Under the pieces are notes generated by a model that searched no databases, was not told the DNA's origin, and saw nothing but the letters and a program-made list of their open reading frames with translations. From the NCBI GenBank assembly GCA_900234795.1, contig LT962688.1, forward strand, positions 870,001 to 902,000: a stretch of DNA of 32,000 nt, given 5' to 3'. The DNA is from Methylorubrum extorquens. GTDB lineage: Bacteria > Pseudomonadota > Alphaproteobacteria > Rhizobiales > Beijerinckiaceae. A program made the translations under genes and the position numbers. The stretch's first letter is position 1; each line of letters begins with the position of its first letter. Positions 11,353-20,143 of this stretch are shown here, one piece after another.

Positions 11353-11417
11353 GCCGTTTGCTTGGAACGGCAGGGGCGTAATGAACCACGATCTGCTGAT
11401 GTCGTGACCGCCGCTCA

Positions 11418-11566
11418 AAGGTCCGCTTCTTCCTGCCGAGCGGACGTTTCGGCCGGTAGGCTTGAAGGTCTGCAAGGGGTCAGGAGTTCGCACGCCGATG
11501 GTTCTGCTGTGCGCCACAACCGGACCGTGGCCTTGGGTCCAGAAGCGGCCCTTCGGCTTTGCGCCC
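11418..11566 (+). repeat. dispersed ~150-nt repeat, copy A
   Basis: The core 11461-11504 matches 16644-16687 at 38/44 positions. Flanking blocks (aaggtcc ... cggac.tt.cgg ... ccttcggctt.gcgc) recur at the same offsets. Both copies have the same orientation. Confidence 0.55.
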
Positions 11567-11755
11567 GTCTCAATCATTCGGCAACAGTCGCGAGCATCAC
11601 CGAAGCAGAGGTCGGCTCAGGCCGGGTTGCACGTTCTGGGAGCGCCACCCCAGACCTGCAGCTTCGACCATGCATACGCTCGCGCGCAGGACTTGCCTAC
11701 CGAAGCTCAGCCACTGATGCTGCGCCGAAGCGGATGACCTGCGAGGGGGCGACCC

Positions 11756-13372
11756 ATGGAAACGATCGGCCGTGATCTGCGCGAGATGCAGCGCATCCCC
11801 TTGGCCGAATCGCATGTCGCCGCGCTTCGGGCGATCGGAGCCGAGAAGCACTACCCGGCCGGTACATTTCTCGTCCATGCCGGTGATCCAGCCGACCGCT
11901 TCGTCTATGTCGAGGCCGGCGAGATCGAGGTGGTCAACCCTTTCACAAATGAGCGCCATCTGCCGTCTACCCTCGGACCGACCCAGTTCATGGGCGAGAT
12001 CTCGTTCCTGAACGGCGGGGTCTGGTCGATGCCCATGCGGGCGAGTGCGGATACCATCGTCACCGAGGTGCCGCGCCCGGAGATGCTGCGACTGATGTCC
12101 GAAGTCCCGGAGATGTCGGACATCATCATCACGGTCCTGGCCGCACGGCGGCGGCGGCAGCTCGACTCGCACGACGGCACGCTGGTTCTCCTCGGCGAGG
12201 ACGACGACCGGAGCGTCCGGCGGATTGCCGAGTTCGCGAGCCGGAACCGCCTTCCTTACAGGTCCTATCCGCTGGGCAGCCCGGAGGCGGCGAGCGTCGC
12301 CAGGAGTTGCTCAATCTCGTCCGAACGGCCGGCTGTGATCTTCGGGCGGGATATCGTCGTGACCGAACCGACACCCGCCAAGGTCGCGCGGCTGCTCGGC
12401 CTCGACTACAACCTCGTCGACGACGAGGCCTTCGACGTCCTTATCGTGGGCGGCGGACCGGCCGGGGTGGCAGCGGGCGTCTATGCGGGCGCGGAGGGGC
12501 TTCGCGCGCTGGTCATCGAGGATGTGGCGATCGGCGGTCAGGCCGGCACATCGAGCCGGATCGAGAACTATATGGGCTTCCCGACCGGGATCTCGGGCGC
12601 CGACCTCGTCTGGCGCGGCGAGGTCCAGGCGATGAAGTTCGGCACGCGGTTCGCGATGCCGCGGCGCGTGGCGAAGCTGGAACGGCTTGAGGACGGATCG
12701 TTCTGTGCAACGTTCGACAACGGCCGGCGCGTTCGGGGACAGGCCGTCGTTGTCGCGACCGGCGTCCAGTACCGAAGATTGCCGATCGAACGCCTCGAGG
12801 CGTTCGAGGGTGCAGGCATCTACTACGCTGCGACGGAGATCGAGGCACGCTACTGCAGGAATGCCGAGACGATCATCATCGGCGGCGGCAACTCAGCCGG
12901 CCAGGCGGCGATGTATCTCAGCCGCTCAGCCCGACACGTTCGCCTTCTCGTGCGTGGGCAATCGCTTGCGACGTCCATGTCGAACTACCTGTCGAGCCGG
13001 CTGGAGGCCGACCCGGGGATCACGATCGAGTACGGGGCCGAAATCACCGCCCTCCACGGCGACGATCACCTCGATGCGGTGACGATCCGCAACGTCGCCG
13101 ACGGCACGATGCGCACGATCTCGACCTGTGCCGTTTTCGTCATGGTGGGCGCCGCCCCCAACACCGGCTGGCTCTCGGGGCTCGTCGAACTCGATGGCCA
13201 CGGCTTCGTGCTGACCGGGGACGCGATCGGCGCGCGTTCACCCTATGCGACGTCGCATCCGGGAATCTTCGCGGTCGGCGACGTGCGAGCCAACTCCGTC
13301 AAGCGTGTCGCAGCCTCGGTCGGCGAGGGTTCGGTCGTCATCTCCAAGGTGTGGGAGCACGTTCGGACGTAG
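11756..13372 (+). CDS. cyclic-nucleotide-binding domain fused to a thioredoxin-reductase-like FAD/NAD(P) oxidoreductase
   Basis: The N-terminal cNMP-binding fold contains FMGEISFLNG...MRASA. The C-terminal two-dinucleotide-fold region contains DVLIVGGGPAGVAAG, IIIGGGNSAGQAA and GIFAVGDVR. A good RBS (GAGGGGG) lies 6 nt upstream of the ATG. Confidence 0.85.
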   Translation: METIGRDLREMQRIPLAESHVAALRAIGAEKHYPAGTFLVHAGDPADRFVYVEAGEIEVVNPFTNERHLPSTLGPTQFMGEISFLNGGVWSMPMRASADTIVTEVPRPEMLRLMSEVPEMSDIIITVLAARRRRQLDSHDGTLVLLGEDDDRSVRRIAEFASRNRLPYRSYPLGSPEAASVARSCSISSERPAVIFGRDIVVTEPTPAKVARLLGLDYNLVDDEAFDVLIVGGGPAGVAAGVYAGAEGLRALVIEDVAIGGQAGTSSRIENYMGFPTGISGADLVWRGEVQAMKFGTRFAMPRRVAKLERLEDGSFCATFDNGRRVRGQAVVVATGVQYRRLPIERLEAFEGAGIYYAATEIEARYCRNAETIIIGGGNSAGQAAMYLSRSARHVRLLVRGQSLATSMSNYLSSRLEADPGITIEYGAEITALHGDDHLDAVTIRNVADGTMRTISTCAVFVMVGAAPNTGWLSGLVELDGHGFVLTGDAIGARSPYATSHPGIFAVGDVRANSVKRVAASVGEGSVVISKVWEHVRT

Positions 13373-13592
13373 ATCGCCCCCCTGCCACGTCCGACGGGGG
13401 CGCTGACTCTATCGACGACCGGGCCCGCGCTCCTGCCGTTTCAGCCGGCGCTGCGACGGCTTGGGCGATCCGGATCAGTCTCGACGATCCCGCGATGGCC
13501 AAGCGCAGCGCGGAGATCGCCAAGGCGGCGTATCCATGGGTGCCAGTCCTGGCCCGCTTCACCGACTCGGGCCACGCGCCTACATACCCGGC

Positions 13593-14279
13593 ATGCCGGT
13601 CCTCGTAGCGCTCGGAGCCGCCCTCCTGTTCGGCCTCGTGTTCGGCCCTCAGTGGTGGGTGCGCCGGGCGATGCAGCAACACGCCACCGAGCGGCCGGAC
13701 TTACCCGGGACCGGGGGAGAGCTCGCGCGCCATCTGCTCGACCAAGCACGACTCGAGCACGTTCCCGTCGAGGTCGCGCCGGCCGACCACTTTGACCCGG
13801 TCGCGAACGTCGTGCGCTTGTCGCCGCAGAACCATGACGGCCGCTCGATCACGGCGGTCGCGGTCGCGGCGCACGAGGTCTCCCACGCGCTCCAGCACGC
13901 GGCGGGGGACCGGCTGCTCGCGGCACGGGTGAGGTTCGCCCCGGTCGTGCAGGGCTTCGAGTTCGCCGCGGCCGTGGTGACGATGACCGCGCCCTTGATG
14001 CTCGCCATCCTCAAGTCGCCTGTCCTGCTCGCCCTGCAGGTGGGGGTCGGCATCGCGCTCCTCGGTGCGCGCCTCGTGTTCCACCTCTTGACGCTGCCCG
14101 TCGAGCTTGACGCGAGCTTTCGCCGGGCTCTGCCTATCCTGGAAACGGGTCGCTTCCTCGAGGCTGACGATATGCTTGGCGCCCGCACCGTACTGCGCGC
14201 TGCGGCTCTCACCTACGTCGCTTCGTCCCTCGTGTCGCTCGTGAACATCGCCCGCTTTCGGCGGCTCCTGCCATTCTGA
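13593..14279 (+). CDS. membrane zinc metallopeptidase (YugP/Zn_peptidase_2-like)
   Basis: Has an N-terminal TM segment, a ...DHFDP... motif, HExxH (AAHEVSHALQH) and C-terminal TM helices. Starts at ATG 13593. Confidence 0.75.
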   Translation: MPVLVALGAALLFGLVFGPQWWVRRAMQQHATERPDLPGTGGELARHLLDQARLEHVPVEVAPADHFDPVANVVRLSPQNHDGRSITAVAVAAHEVSHALQHAAGDRLLAARVRFAPVVQGFEFAAAVVTMTAPLMLAILKSPVLLALQVGVGIALLGARLVFHLLTLPVELDASFRRALPILETGRFLEADDMLGARTVLRAAALTYVASSLVSLVNIARFRRLLPF

Positions 14280-14416
14280 GACCGATGAGGCGCGCGTCCG
14301 ATTTCCTGCTGCGCTCCATGCAGGCGGACCGTCTCTGATCGGCCAGCACCGGCCAACACGCAGCGCTCGCCTCAGCGTCTCAGATGGATGGTTTCCTGCC
14401 TGTCCGGTTCCAGAAA

Positions 14417-14481
14417 GCAAAAAACAAGAAGCGGACGTTTGCTCGGGGAGCGGAGGTTGGCCGCTACGCTCGACGTCCGCT
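14417..14481 (-). terminator. candidate rho-independent terminator (minus strand)
   Basis: On the minus strand, AGCGGACG ... CGTCCGCT forms an outer stem around a nested AGCGG/CCGCT stem, followed by TCTTGTTTTTTGCTTTC. Confidence 0.45.
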
Positions 14482-14523
14482 CATGGCCGGGCACTGGTGG
14501 CGCTTCCGGCAGGCTCCCTCCTG

Positions 14524-14696
14524 TCAGAGGCTCGCGTGCAGGCCGCGGACCGGGCTCACGCCCTCCAGCAGGCCGCGTGGAGGATCGTGGTCTCCGCCTG
14601 CCAGCTGCCCACCAGCTGCACGTTGATCGGCAGACCCTCGCGGCTCGTCCCGAAGCGCGTCGACAGGCCGGTCACGTTGAGGGGCACGGTCGCACC
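14524..14696 (-). pseudogene. amidase C-terminal fragment
   Basis: The minus strand reads GATVPLNVTGLSTRFGTSREGLPINVQLVGSWQAETTILHAA..LLEGVSPV. This resembles the conserved amidase C-terminus (N.TG.P..S.P.G....GLP.G.QLVG). It has a frameshift near the end and nothing upstream. Confidence 0.55.
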
Positions 14697-14925
14697 TTAC
14701 CCGCACGCCGGGCGAATCGGGCGGCGGTGAGTCGGCGGCCATCGCGGCGGGCATGTCGCCGCTGGGCCTCGGCACCGACCTCGCCATCTCTGTGCGCGGT
14801 CCGGCCGCACAGACTGGCATCGTCTCACTGAAGGCCACCCACAGGCGTGTGCCGATGACCGGCATCTGGCCGCGGGCGCCCCGCCGCTTCTGGCACGTCG
14901 GCCCGATCCCGGGGGGCGCCTGCGT
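14681..14925 (+). pseudogene. amidase signature-region fragment
   Basis: The plus strand reads LTRTPGESGGGESAAIAAGMSPLGLGTDLAISVRGPAAQTGIVSLKATHRRVPMTGIWP...HVGP. This is a degenerate amidase signature (GGSSGGSAAAVAAG...GTD.GGSIR.PAA..G..GLKPT.GRV). A stop opens it at 14678 and it runs into the next gene's 3' end. Confidence 0.6.
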
Positions 14926-14927
14926 CC

Positions 14928-15614
14928 TCAGCGGTTCGCGAGGTGGGCGACGAGACGCTCGGCGGCGGGACCGGAGGAGGCCGGGTTCTGGCCGGTAATG
15001 AGCAGGCCGTCCGTCACGACGAAGGGCTCCCAATCGGCACGCTTGGCGTAGAGGCCTCCGTTTCGCTTCAGCTCATCCTCGACCAGGAAGGGAACCACCT
15101 CGGTCAGGCCCACGGCCTCCTCCTCGGTGTTGGTGAAGCCGGTGACCTTCCGGCCTTCGACGAGGGGCTTCCCGTCCGGAGCCTTGGCATGGCGGAGGAC
15201 GCCGGGGGCGTGACAAACCAGGGCAAGGGGCTTGCCGGCGCCGAGAGTCGTCTCGATCAGTCTGATCGAAGCCCGGTCCTCGGCGAGATCCCAGAGGGGG
15301 CCGTGCCCGCCGGGATAGAAGACGGCATCGAAGCCCTCGTGCCCGACGGCATCAAGCCGGCCCGTCTCAGCCAGCACTGCCATAGCCGCAGCGTCGGCTT
15401 CGAAGCGGCGCGTCGTGTCAGTCTGGAAGCTCGGCTCGGCACTCTTCGGATCGAGCGGTGGGCGGCCACCCTCCGGTGACACCAGGACCACCTCCGCACC
15501 TGCATCCTTGAACACGTAGTAGGGGGCCGCGAGTTCCTCGAGCCAGAAGCCGGTCTTCCGGCCGGTGTCGCCGAGCTGGTCGTGCGAGGTCAGCACCATC
15601 AGGATCTTCATCAT
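14928..15614 (-). CDS. type 1 glutamine amidotransferase-like DJ-1/PfpI family protein
   Basis: 228 aa. Starts MKILMVLTSHDQLGDTGRKTGFWLEELAAPYYVF and has a nucleophile elbow LALVCHAPG, typical of the cytosolic DJ-1/Hsp31-like subgroup. Confidence 0.88.
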   Translation of the reverse strand: MMKILMVLTSHDQLGDTGRKTGFWLEELAAPYYVFKDAGAEVVLVSPEGGRPPLDPKSAEPSFQTDTTRRFEADAAAMAVLAETGRLDAVGHEGFDAVFYPGGHGPLWDLAEDRASIRLIETTLGAGKPLALVCHAPGVLRHAKAPDGKPLVEGRKVTGFTNTEEEAVGLTEVVPFLVEDELKRNGGLYAKRADWEPFVVTDGLLITGQNPASSGPAAERLVAHLANR

Positions 15615-15722
15615 TGCTCTCCGAGTTTTTCGCTTGGGTGAGGGGACAGTCTTGATTTCTGAGGCGTTCGCGCGGGTCGCGCTTGCGCCGGCTCAGGGAA
15701 GGTAATTGGCTTCAGCTCACAG

Positions 15723-15737
15723 TAGACCGGTCGTCTC
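15723..15737. promoter_or_regulatory. candidate TetR operator upstream of the DJ-1/PfpI gene
   Basis: TAGACCGGTCGTCTc shares 14 nt with the palindrome at 16411-16425. It lies 109-123 nt upstream of the 15614 start. Confidence 0.45.
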
Positions 15738-15787
15738 GAATTTATCCGTGATAAGTTGGGTTTTCGGCAACGTTGGACCGCGGTGGA

Positions 15788-16390
15788 TCAGTGTGACGTG
15801 AGGGCGAGGATGCGCCGGGTTGTCCCTATAGCAGCCTTGAATGGGGCTTCGGTCCGGACGATCTTGGCCATCAAGCTCGCACCGAGCCAGACGTGATACA
15901 GATCCTCGGCGGTCGTCTGTGGCTCGCTCTCGACCGTGAGCGAGCCCTCCGCCACGCCCGCCGCGATGGATCGCGCCAGCCGTTCTATGATCGCGGCAGT
16001 GCCGCTCTTAAGGGCGAGCCGCATAGGCTCGGATAAGTCCGAGACTTCCGCCGCAAGCTTCACCGCAAGGCATTTGCGCTGGTCGTCGATGCTCCCTTGC
16101 GTGGCCTGCCATTTGCGCCAGTAGTTCATCAGGCGCTCGGCATGGCTCAGCCCAGGCTCGGCGAGTGTCGTGTCGAGGTCGGCGAGATAGCTCTCGAAGT
16201 AGTCCGCCAAGAGGGCCTCGCCGAAAGCCTCCTTGGAGCCGAAGTAGTGGTAGAATGACCCCTTTGGCACACCAGCCGAGGTTAGGATCTCGTTGAGCCC
16301 GACGCCAGAGAACCCCTTCGCGCCGACCAGGCCGTAGGCTGAGTCGAGGATTTCCTGTCGGGTGTCGGTCTGTGCAGCGAGGCGTGCCAT
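15788..16390 (-). CDS. TetR/AcrR family transcriptional regulator
   Basis: The HTH region reads RQEILDSAYGLVGAKGFSGVGLNEILTSAGVPKGSFYHYFGSKEAF. The likely start is the ATG at 16388-16390 (MARLAAQ), giving 200 aa. Confidence 0.88.
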   Translation of the reverse strand: MARLAAQTDTRQEILDSAYGLVGAKGFSGVGLNEILTSAGVPKGSFYHYFGSKEAFGEALLADYFESYLADLDTTLAEPGLSHAERLMNYWRKWQATQGSIDDQRKCLAVKLAAEVSDLSEPMRLALKSGTAAIIERLARSIAAGVAEGSLTVESEPQTTAEDLYHVWLGASLMAKIVRTEAPFKAAIGTTRRILALTSH

Positions 16391-16410
16391 GAGGATGAGA
16401 TAGACTGAAT

Positions 16411-16425
16411 TAGACCGGTCGTCTA
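16411..16425. promoter_or_regulatory. candidate TetR autoregulatory operator
   Basis: TAGAC-CGGTC-GTCTA has perfect 5-bp inverted arms and lies 21-35 nt upstream of the tetR start. An extra TAGAC half-site sits at 16401-16405. Confidence 0.5.
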
Positions 16426-16601
16426 GAGGCGTTTTGCATTTTTTGTCGGAGGGATCACGCAAGTTCGCCGAGCCGTTTTCGCAGCCTGCGGACGTCACCG
16501 CGGAATGTCGTATCGCTGGTGTCCGCTTTCAGGAAGCGGGCACGTCGCCTGCTTCGACCCAATCGGGTCGGAGGTGGAACGTCTGGTTCCAGGCGAAAGA
16601 C

Positions 16602-16750
16602 TAAGGTCCAGTTTCCAACCAATCCGGACCTTCGGCGGCAGCGCCTTGAATGTCCGCGAGGGGTCAGGAGTTCGCGCGCCAATAGTTCGACGATCCGCTA
16701 GCAGCGATCCTTGGACCAGCTTCGGGAGGTGGACCTTCGGCTTCGCGCTC
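16602..16750 (+). repeat. dispersed ~150-nt repeat, copy B
   Basis: See copy A. The core is 16644-16687 (cttgaatgtccgcgaggggtcaggagttcgcgcgccaatagttc). Confidence 0.55.
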
Positions 16751-16849
16751 ACGCCCGCCATGCGACCTGTGCGAGCGACGCCCTCGAAGGGCCATTCACA
16801 GCAGCCTCGACCGCCGAGCTCGATCGCTCGAACAAGGAGGTCGAAGCCG

Positions 16850-19800
16850 CTAGGCAGCGTGCTCGATGTCGCCTGGGCCGGTCATCGGCGCGCTTGCAGC
16901 GTGCTGCTTGAGCCGCGCGTTGCCGGAGAGGCTGCGCAGCAGGACGTAGAAGACCGGCGTCAGGAACAGGCCGAAAGCGGTCACGCCGATCATGCCGGAG
17001 AACACGGCGACGCCCATGGCGCTGCGCATCTCCGCTCCGGCCCCGGTCGCCATCACGAGCGGCAGGACGCCCATGATGAAGGCCATCGAGGTCATCAGGA
17101 TCGGGCGCAGGCGCAGGCGGCTCGCCTCGATCGCCGCCTGGATCGGGCTGCGACCGGCGAACTCCAGCTCGCGGGCGAATTCCACGATCAGGATCGCGTT
17201 CTTGGCCGAGAGGCCGACCAGGACGATCAGTCCGATCTGCGTGAAGACGTTGTTGTCGCCCGCGGACAGCCAGACCCCGAACATGGCCGCCAGCAACCCC
17301 ATCGGCACGATCAGCAGGATGGCGAGCGGCAGGGCGAGGCTCTCGTACTGCGCCGCCAGCACGAGGAAGACGAGCAGCAGCGCCAGCGGGAAAACCCAGA
17401 TCCCGGAATTGCCGGCGATGAATTCCTGGTAGGTGAGGTCGGTCCATTCGAAGGCGAAGCCGCGCGGCAGCGTCTCGGCGGCGATGCGCGCTGCCGCCGC
17501 TTGCGCTTGGCCCGACGAAAAGCCGGGGGCGGCCCCCGCGTTGATGTCGGCGGAGAGAAAGCCGTTGTAGCGCATGGCCCGCTCCGGTCCCGCGGTCTGG
17601 CGGACACGCAGCAAGGCCGAGAGCGGCACCATCTCGCCCGATCCGGCGCGGACCTTCAGCAGCCCGACATCGTCCTGACGAGCGCGGAACGGCGCGTCGG
17701 CCTGGACGCGCACCGAGTAGGTGCGGCCGAACCGGTTGAAGTCGTTGACGTAGAGGGAACCGAGATAAATCTGCAGCGTGTCAAAGACGTCGGTGACCGG
17801 GATGCGGAGCTGGCGCGCCTTGGTCCGATCGATATCGGCGAAGAGTTGCGGCACGTTCATCTGGAAGCTGGAGAACAGGCCGGTGAGTTCGGGCGCCTGT
17901 GCGGCTTTCGCCATGAACGCCTTGGTCGCCTCGTTCAGCGCCTCGTAGCCGAGGCCGGCGCGATCTTCGATCTGCAGCTTGAATCCGCCGATCGTGCCCA
18001 ATCCGTTGACGGGCGGGGGCGGGAACATCGCGATGAAAGCTTCCGGGATCGCGGCGAACTTCCTGTTCAAGGACTGCGCGATGGCGGCCCCGCTCAGCGC
18101 GGGATCCTTGCGCTCCGCGAAGGGCTTGAGCGTCGAGAATACGATTCCCGAGTTCGAGCTGTTGGTGAAGCCGTTGATCGAGAGCCCCGGGAAGGCGACG
18201 GCACTCTCGACGCCCGGCTCCTTCAAGGCGATCTCGCTCATCGTGCGGATCACCTCCTCGGTCCGGTCGAGGGTGGCGCCGTCGGGCAGCTGCGCAAAGC
18301 CGACGAGGTACTGCTTGTCCTGACCCGGTACGAAACCGCCGGGGATCTGGCGGAACAGCACCACGGTCACGCCGACGAGCACGAGGTAGAGGACCATCAT
18401 CGCGCCTTTTCGCGACACGACGGAGGCGACGCCGCGTCCGTAGCCTTCGGAGGCCCGTCCGAAGGCGCGGTTGAACCGGCGGAAGAACCAGCCGAGCAGG
18501 GTGTCGAGCGCGCGGGTCAGCCGGTCCTTCGGCGCGTGATGGTCTCGGAGTAGGAGCGCCGAGAGGGCTGGCGACAGGGTCAGCGAGTTGATCGCCGAGA
18601 TGACGGTCGAGATCGCGATGGTCAGGGCGAACTGCTTGTAGAACTGGCCGGTCAGGCCGCTGATGAAGGCGAGCGGCACGAACACCGCGACGAGCACCAG
18701 CGCGATGGCGATGATCGGCCCCGAGACCTCGCGCATCGCCTGGTAGCTGGCGTCCCGCGGTGACAGCCCCGCCTTGATGTTGCGCTCGACATTCTCCACC
18801 ACGACAATGGCGTCGTCGACGACGATGCCGATGGCGAGCACGAGGCCGAACAGGCTCAGCGCGTTGATCGAGAAGCCGAAGGCATGCATCACCGCGAAGG
18901 TGCCGATGATGGAGACCGGCACGGCCAAGAGCGGGATGATCGAGGCTCGCCAGGTCTGCAGGAACAGGATCACCACGAGAACGACGAGGGCGATCGCCTC
19001 CAGCAGCGTGTGAATGACGGCCTCGATCGAGGCGCGCACGAACTGCGTCGGATCGTAGACGATCTGGTAGTCGACCCCTTCCGGCATATTCTTCTTGATC
19101 TCGGCCATGGTCCGGCGGACCTCGTCCGAGATCTGGATCGCATTCGATCCCGGCGACTGAGAGATCGGGATCGCCACCGCCGACTTGTTGTCGAGGAGCG
19201 AGCGGAGCGCGTAGTCCGAGGCGCCGAGTTCGATCCGGGCGATGTCGCGAAGCCGCGTGATCTCGCCGTTCTCCCCGGTCTTCACGACGATGTCGCCGAA
19301 CTGCTCCTCGCTGGTGAGGCGCCCTTCCGCGTTGAGCGAGAGCTGCAGGTCGAGGCCGGGAACGGCCGGTGAAGCGCCGATGACGCCCGCGGCCGCCTCC
19401 ACGTTCTGCGCCTGAATCTCCCGCACCACGTCGCCTGCCGACAGGCCGTGCTCGGCCACCTTCTGAGGATCGAGCCAGATCCGCATCGCGTAGTCGCCGG
19501 AGCCGAACAGCTGCACCTGTCCCACGCCGTCGATGCGGGCGAGGCGGTCCTTGATGTTCAGCACGGCATAGTTGCGCAGATAGGTCATGTCGTAGCGCCC
19601 GTTGGGCGAGACGAGGTGAACGACCATGGTCAGGTCGGGCGAGGACTTTACCGTGACGATGCCGAGCTGGCGCACGATCGCCGGCAGGCGCGGTTCGGCC
19701 TGCGAGACACGATTCTGAACGAGCTGCTGCGCCTTGTCCGGATCGGTGCCGAGACGGAACGTGACGGTCAGGGTCATGACGCCGTCCGTCGTCGCTTGGC

Positions 19801-20044
19801 TCGACATGTAGAGCATGCCCTCGACACCGTTGATCTGCTCCTCGATCGGTGTCGCCACCGTTTCGACGATGACCTTGGGGTTGGCGCCCGGGAAGGTCGC
19901 CCGCACCACTACCGAGGGCGGCACAACGTCCGGATACTCGGAGATCGGCATCGCGAAGAGCGAGATGAGGCCGCCGATGAAGATGAGCACCGAGAGCACG
20001 CCCGCGAAGATCGGGCGGTCGATGAAGAACTTGGACAGGTTCAC
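16850..20044 (-). CDS. RND efflux transporter permease subunit (HAE1/AcrB-like)
   Basis: 1064 aa with a GTG start. The N-terminus MNLSKFFIDRPIFAGVLSVLIFIGG, the 12-TM/two-large-loop architecture and the motif VVDDAIVVVENVERN are all typical of this family. Confidence 0.95.
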   Translation of the reverse strand: MNLSKFFIDRPIFAGVLSVLIFIGGLISLFAMPISEYPDVVPPSVVVRATFPGANPKVIVETVATPIEEQINGVEGMLYMSSQATTDGVMTLTVTFRLGTDPDKAQQLVQNRVSQAEPRLPAIVRQLGIVTVKSSPDLTMVVHLVSPNGRYDMTYLRNYAVLNIKDRLARIDGVGQVQLFGSGDYAMRIWLDPQKVAEHGLSAGDVVREIQAQNVEAAAGVIGASPAVPGLDLQLSLNAEGRLTSEEQFGDIVVKTGENGEITRLRDIARIELGASDYALRSLLDNKSAVAIPISQSPGSNAIQISDEVRRTMAEIKKNMPEGVDYQIVYDPTQFVRASIEAVIHTLLEAIALVVLVVILFLQTWRASIIPLLAVPVSIIGTFAVMHAFGFSINALSLFGLVLAIGIVVDDAIVVVENVERNIKAGLSPRDASYQAMREVSGPIIAIALVLVAVFVPLAFISGLTGQFYKQFALTIAISTVISAINSLTLSPALSALLLRDHHAPKDRLTRALDTLLGWFFRRFNRAFGRASEGYGRGVASVVSRKGAMMVLYLVLVGVTVVLFRQIPGGFVPGQDKQYLVGFAQLPDGATLDRTEEVIRTMSEIALKEPGVESAVAFPGLSINGFTNSSNSGIVFSTLKPFAERKDPALSGAAIAQSLNRKFAAIPEAFIAMFPPPPVNGLGTIGGFKLQIEDRAGLGYEALNEATKAFMAKAAQAPELTGLFSSFQMNVPQLFADIDRTKARQLRIPVTDVFDTLQIYLGSLYVNDFNRFGRTYSVRVQADAPFRARQDDVGLLKVRAGSGEMVPLSALLRVRQTAGPERAMRYNGFLSADINAGAAPGFSSGQAQAAAARIAAETLPRGFAFEWTDLTYQEFIAGNSGIWVFPLALLLVFLVLAAQYESLALPLAILLIVPMGLLAAMFGVWLSAGDNNVFTQIGLIVLVGLSAKNAILIVEFARELEFAGRSPIQAAIEASRLRLRPILMTSMAFIMGVLPLVMATGAGAEMRSAMGVAVFSGMIGVTAFGLFLTPVFYVLLRSLSGNARLKQHAASAPMTGPGDIEHAA

Positions 20045-20143
20045 GTTCGCCCTCCGGGGTCGGGCATCAGGCGCAAGGCGTCGGGCGGCCGCCGAAAGGG
20101 CGGTCGCACGTGTCGGGTCGGGAATGGTCGAAGGGGCTGAAAG

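Noticed and set aside
16505-18553. 682-aa plus-strand ORF opposite the RND pump
   Set aside because: This is a shadow ORF antisense to a full-length AcrB-like gene, with low-complexity Arg/Gly/Asp/His-rich sequence.
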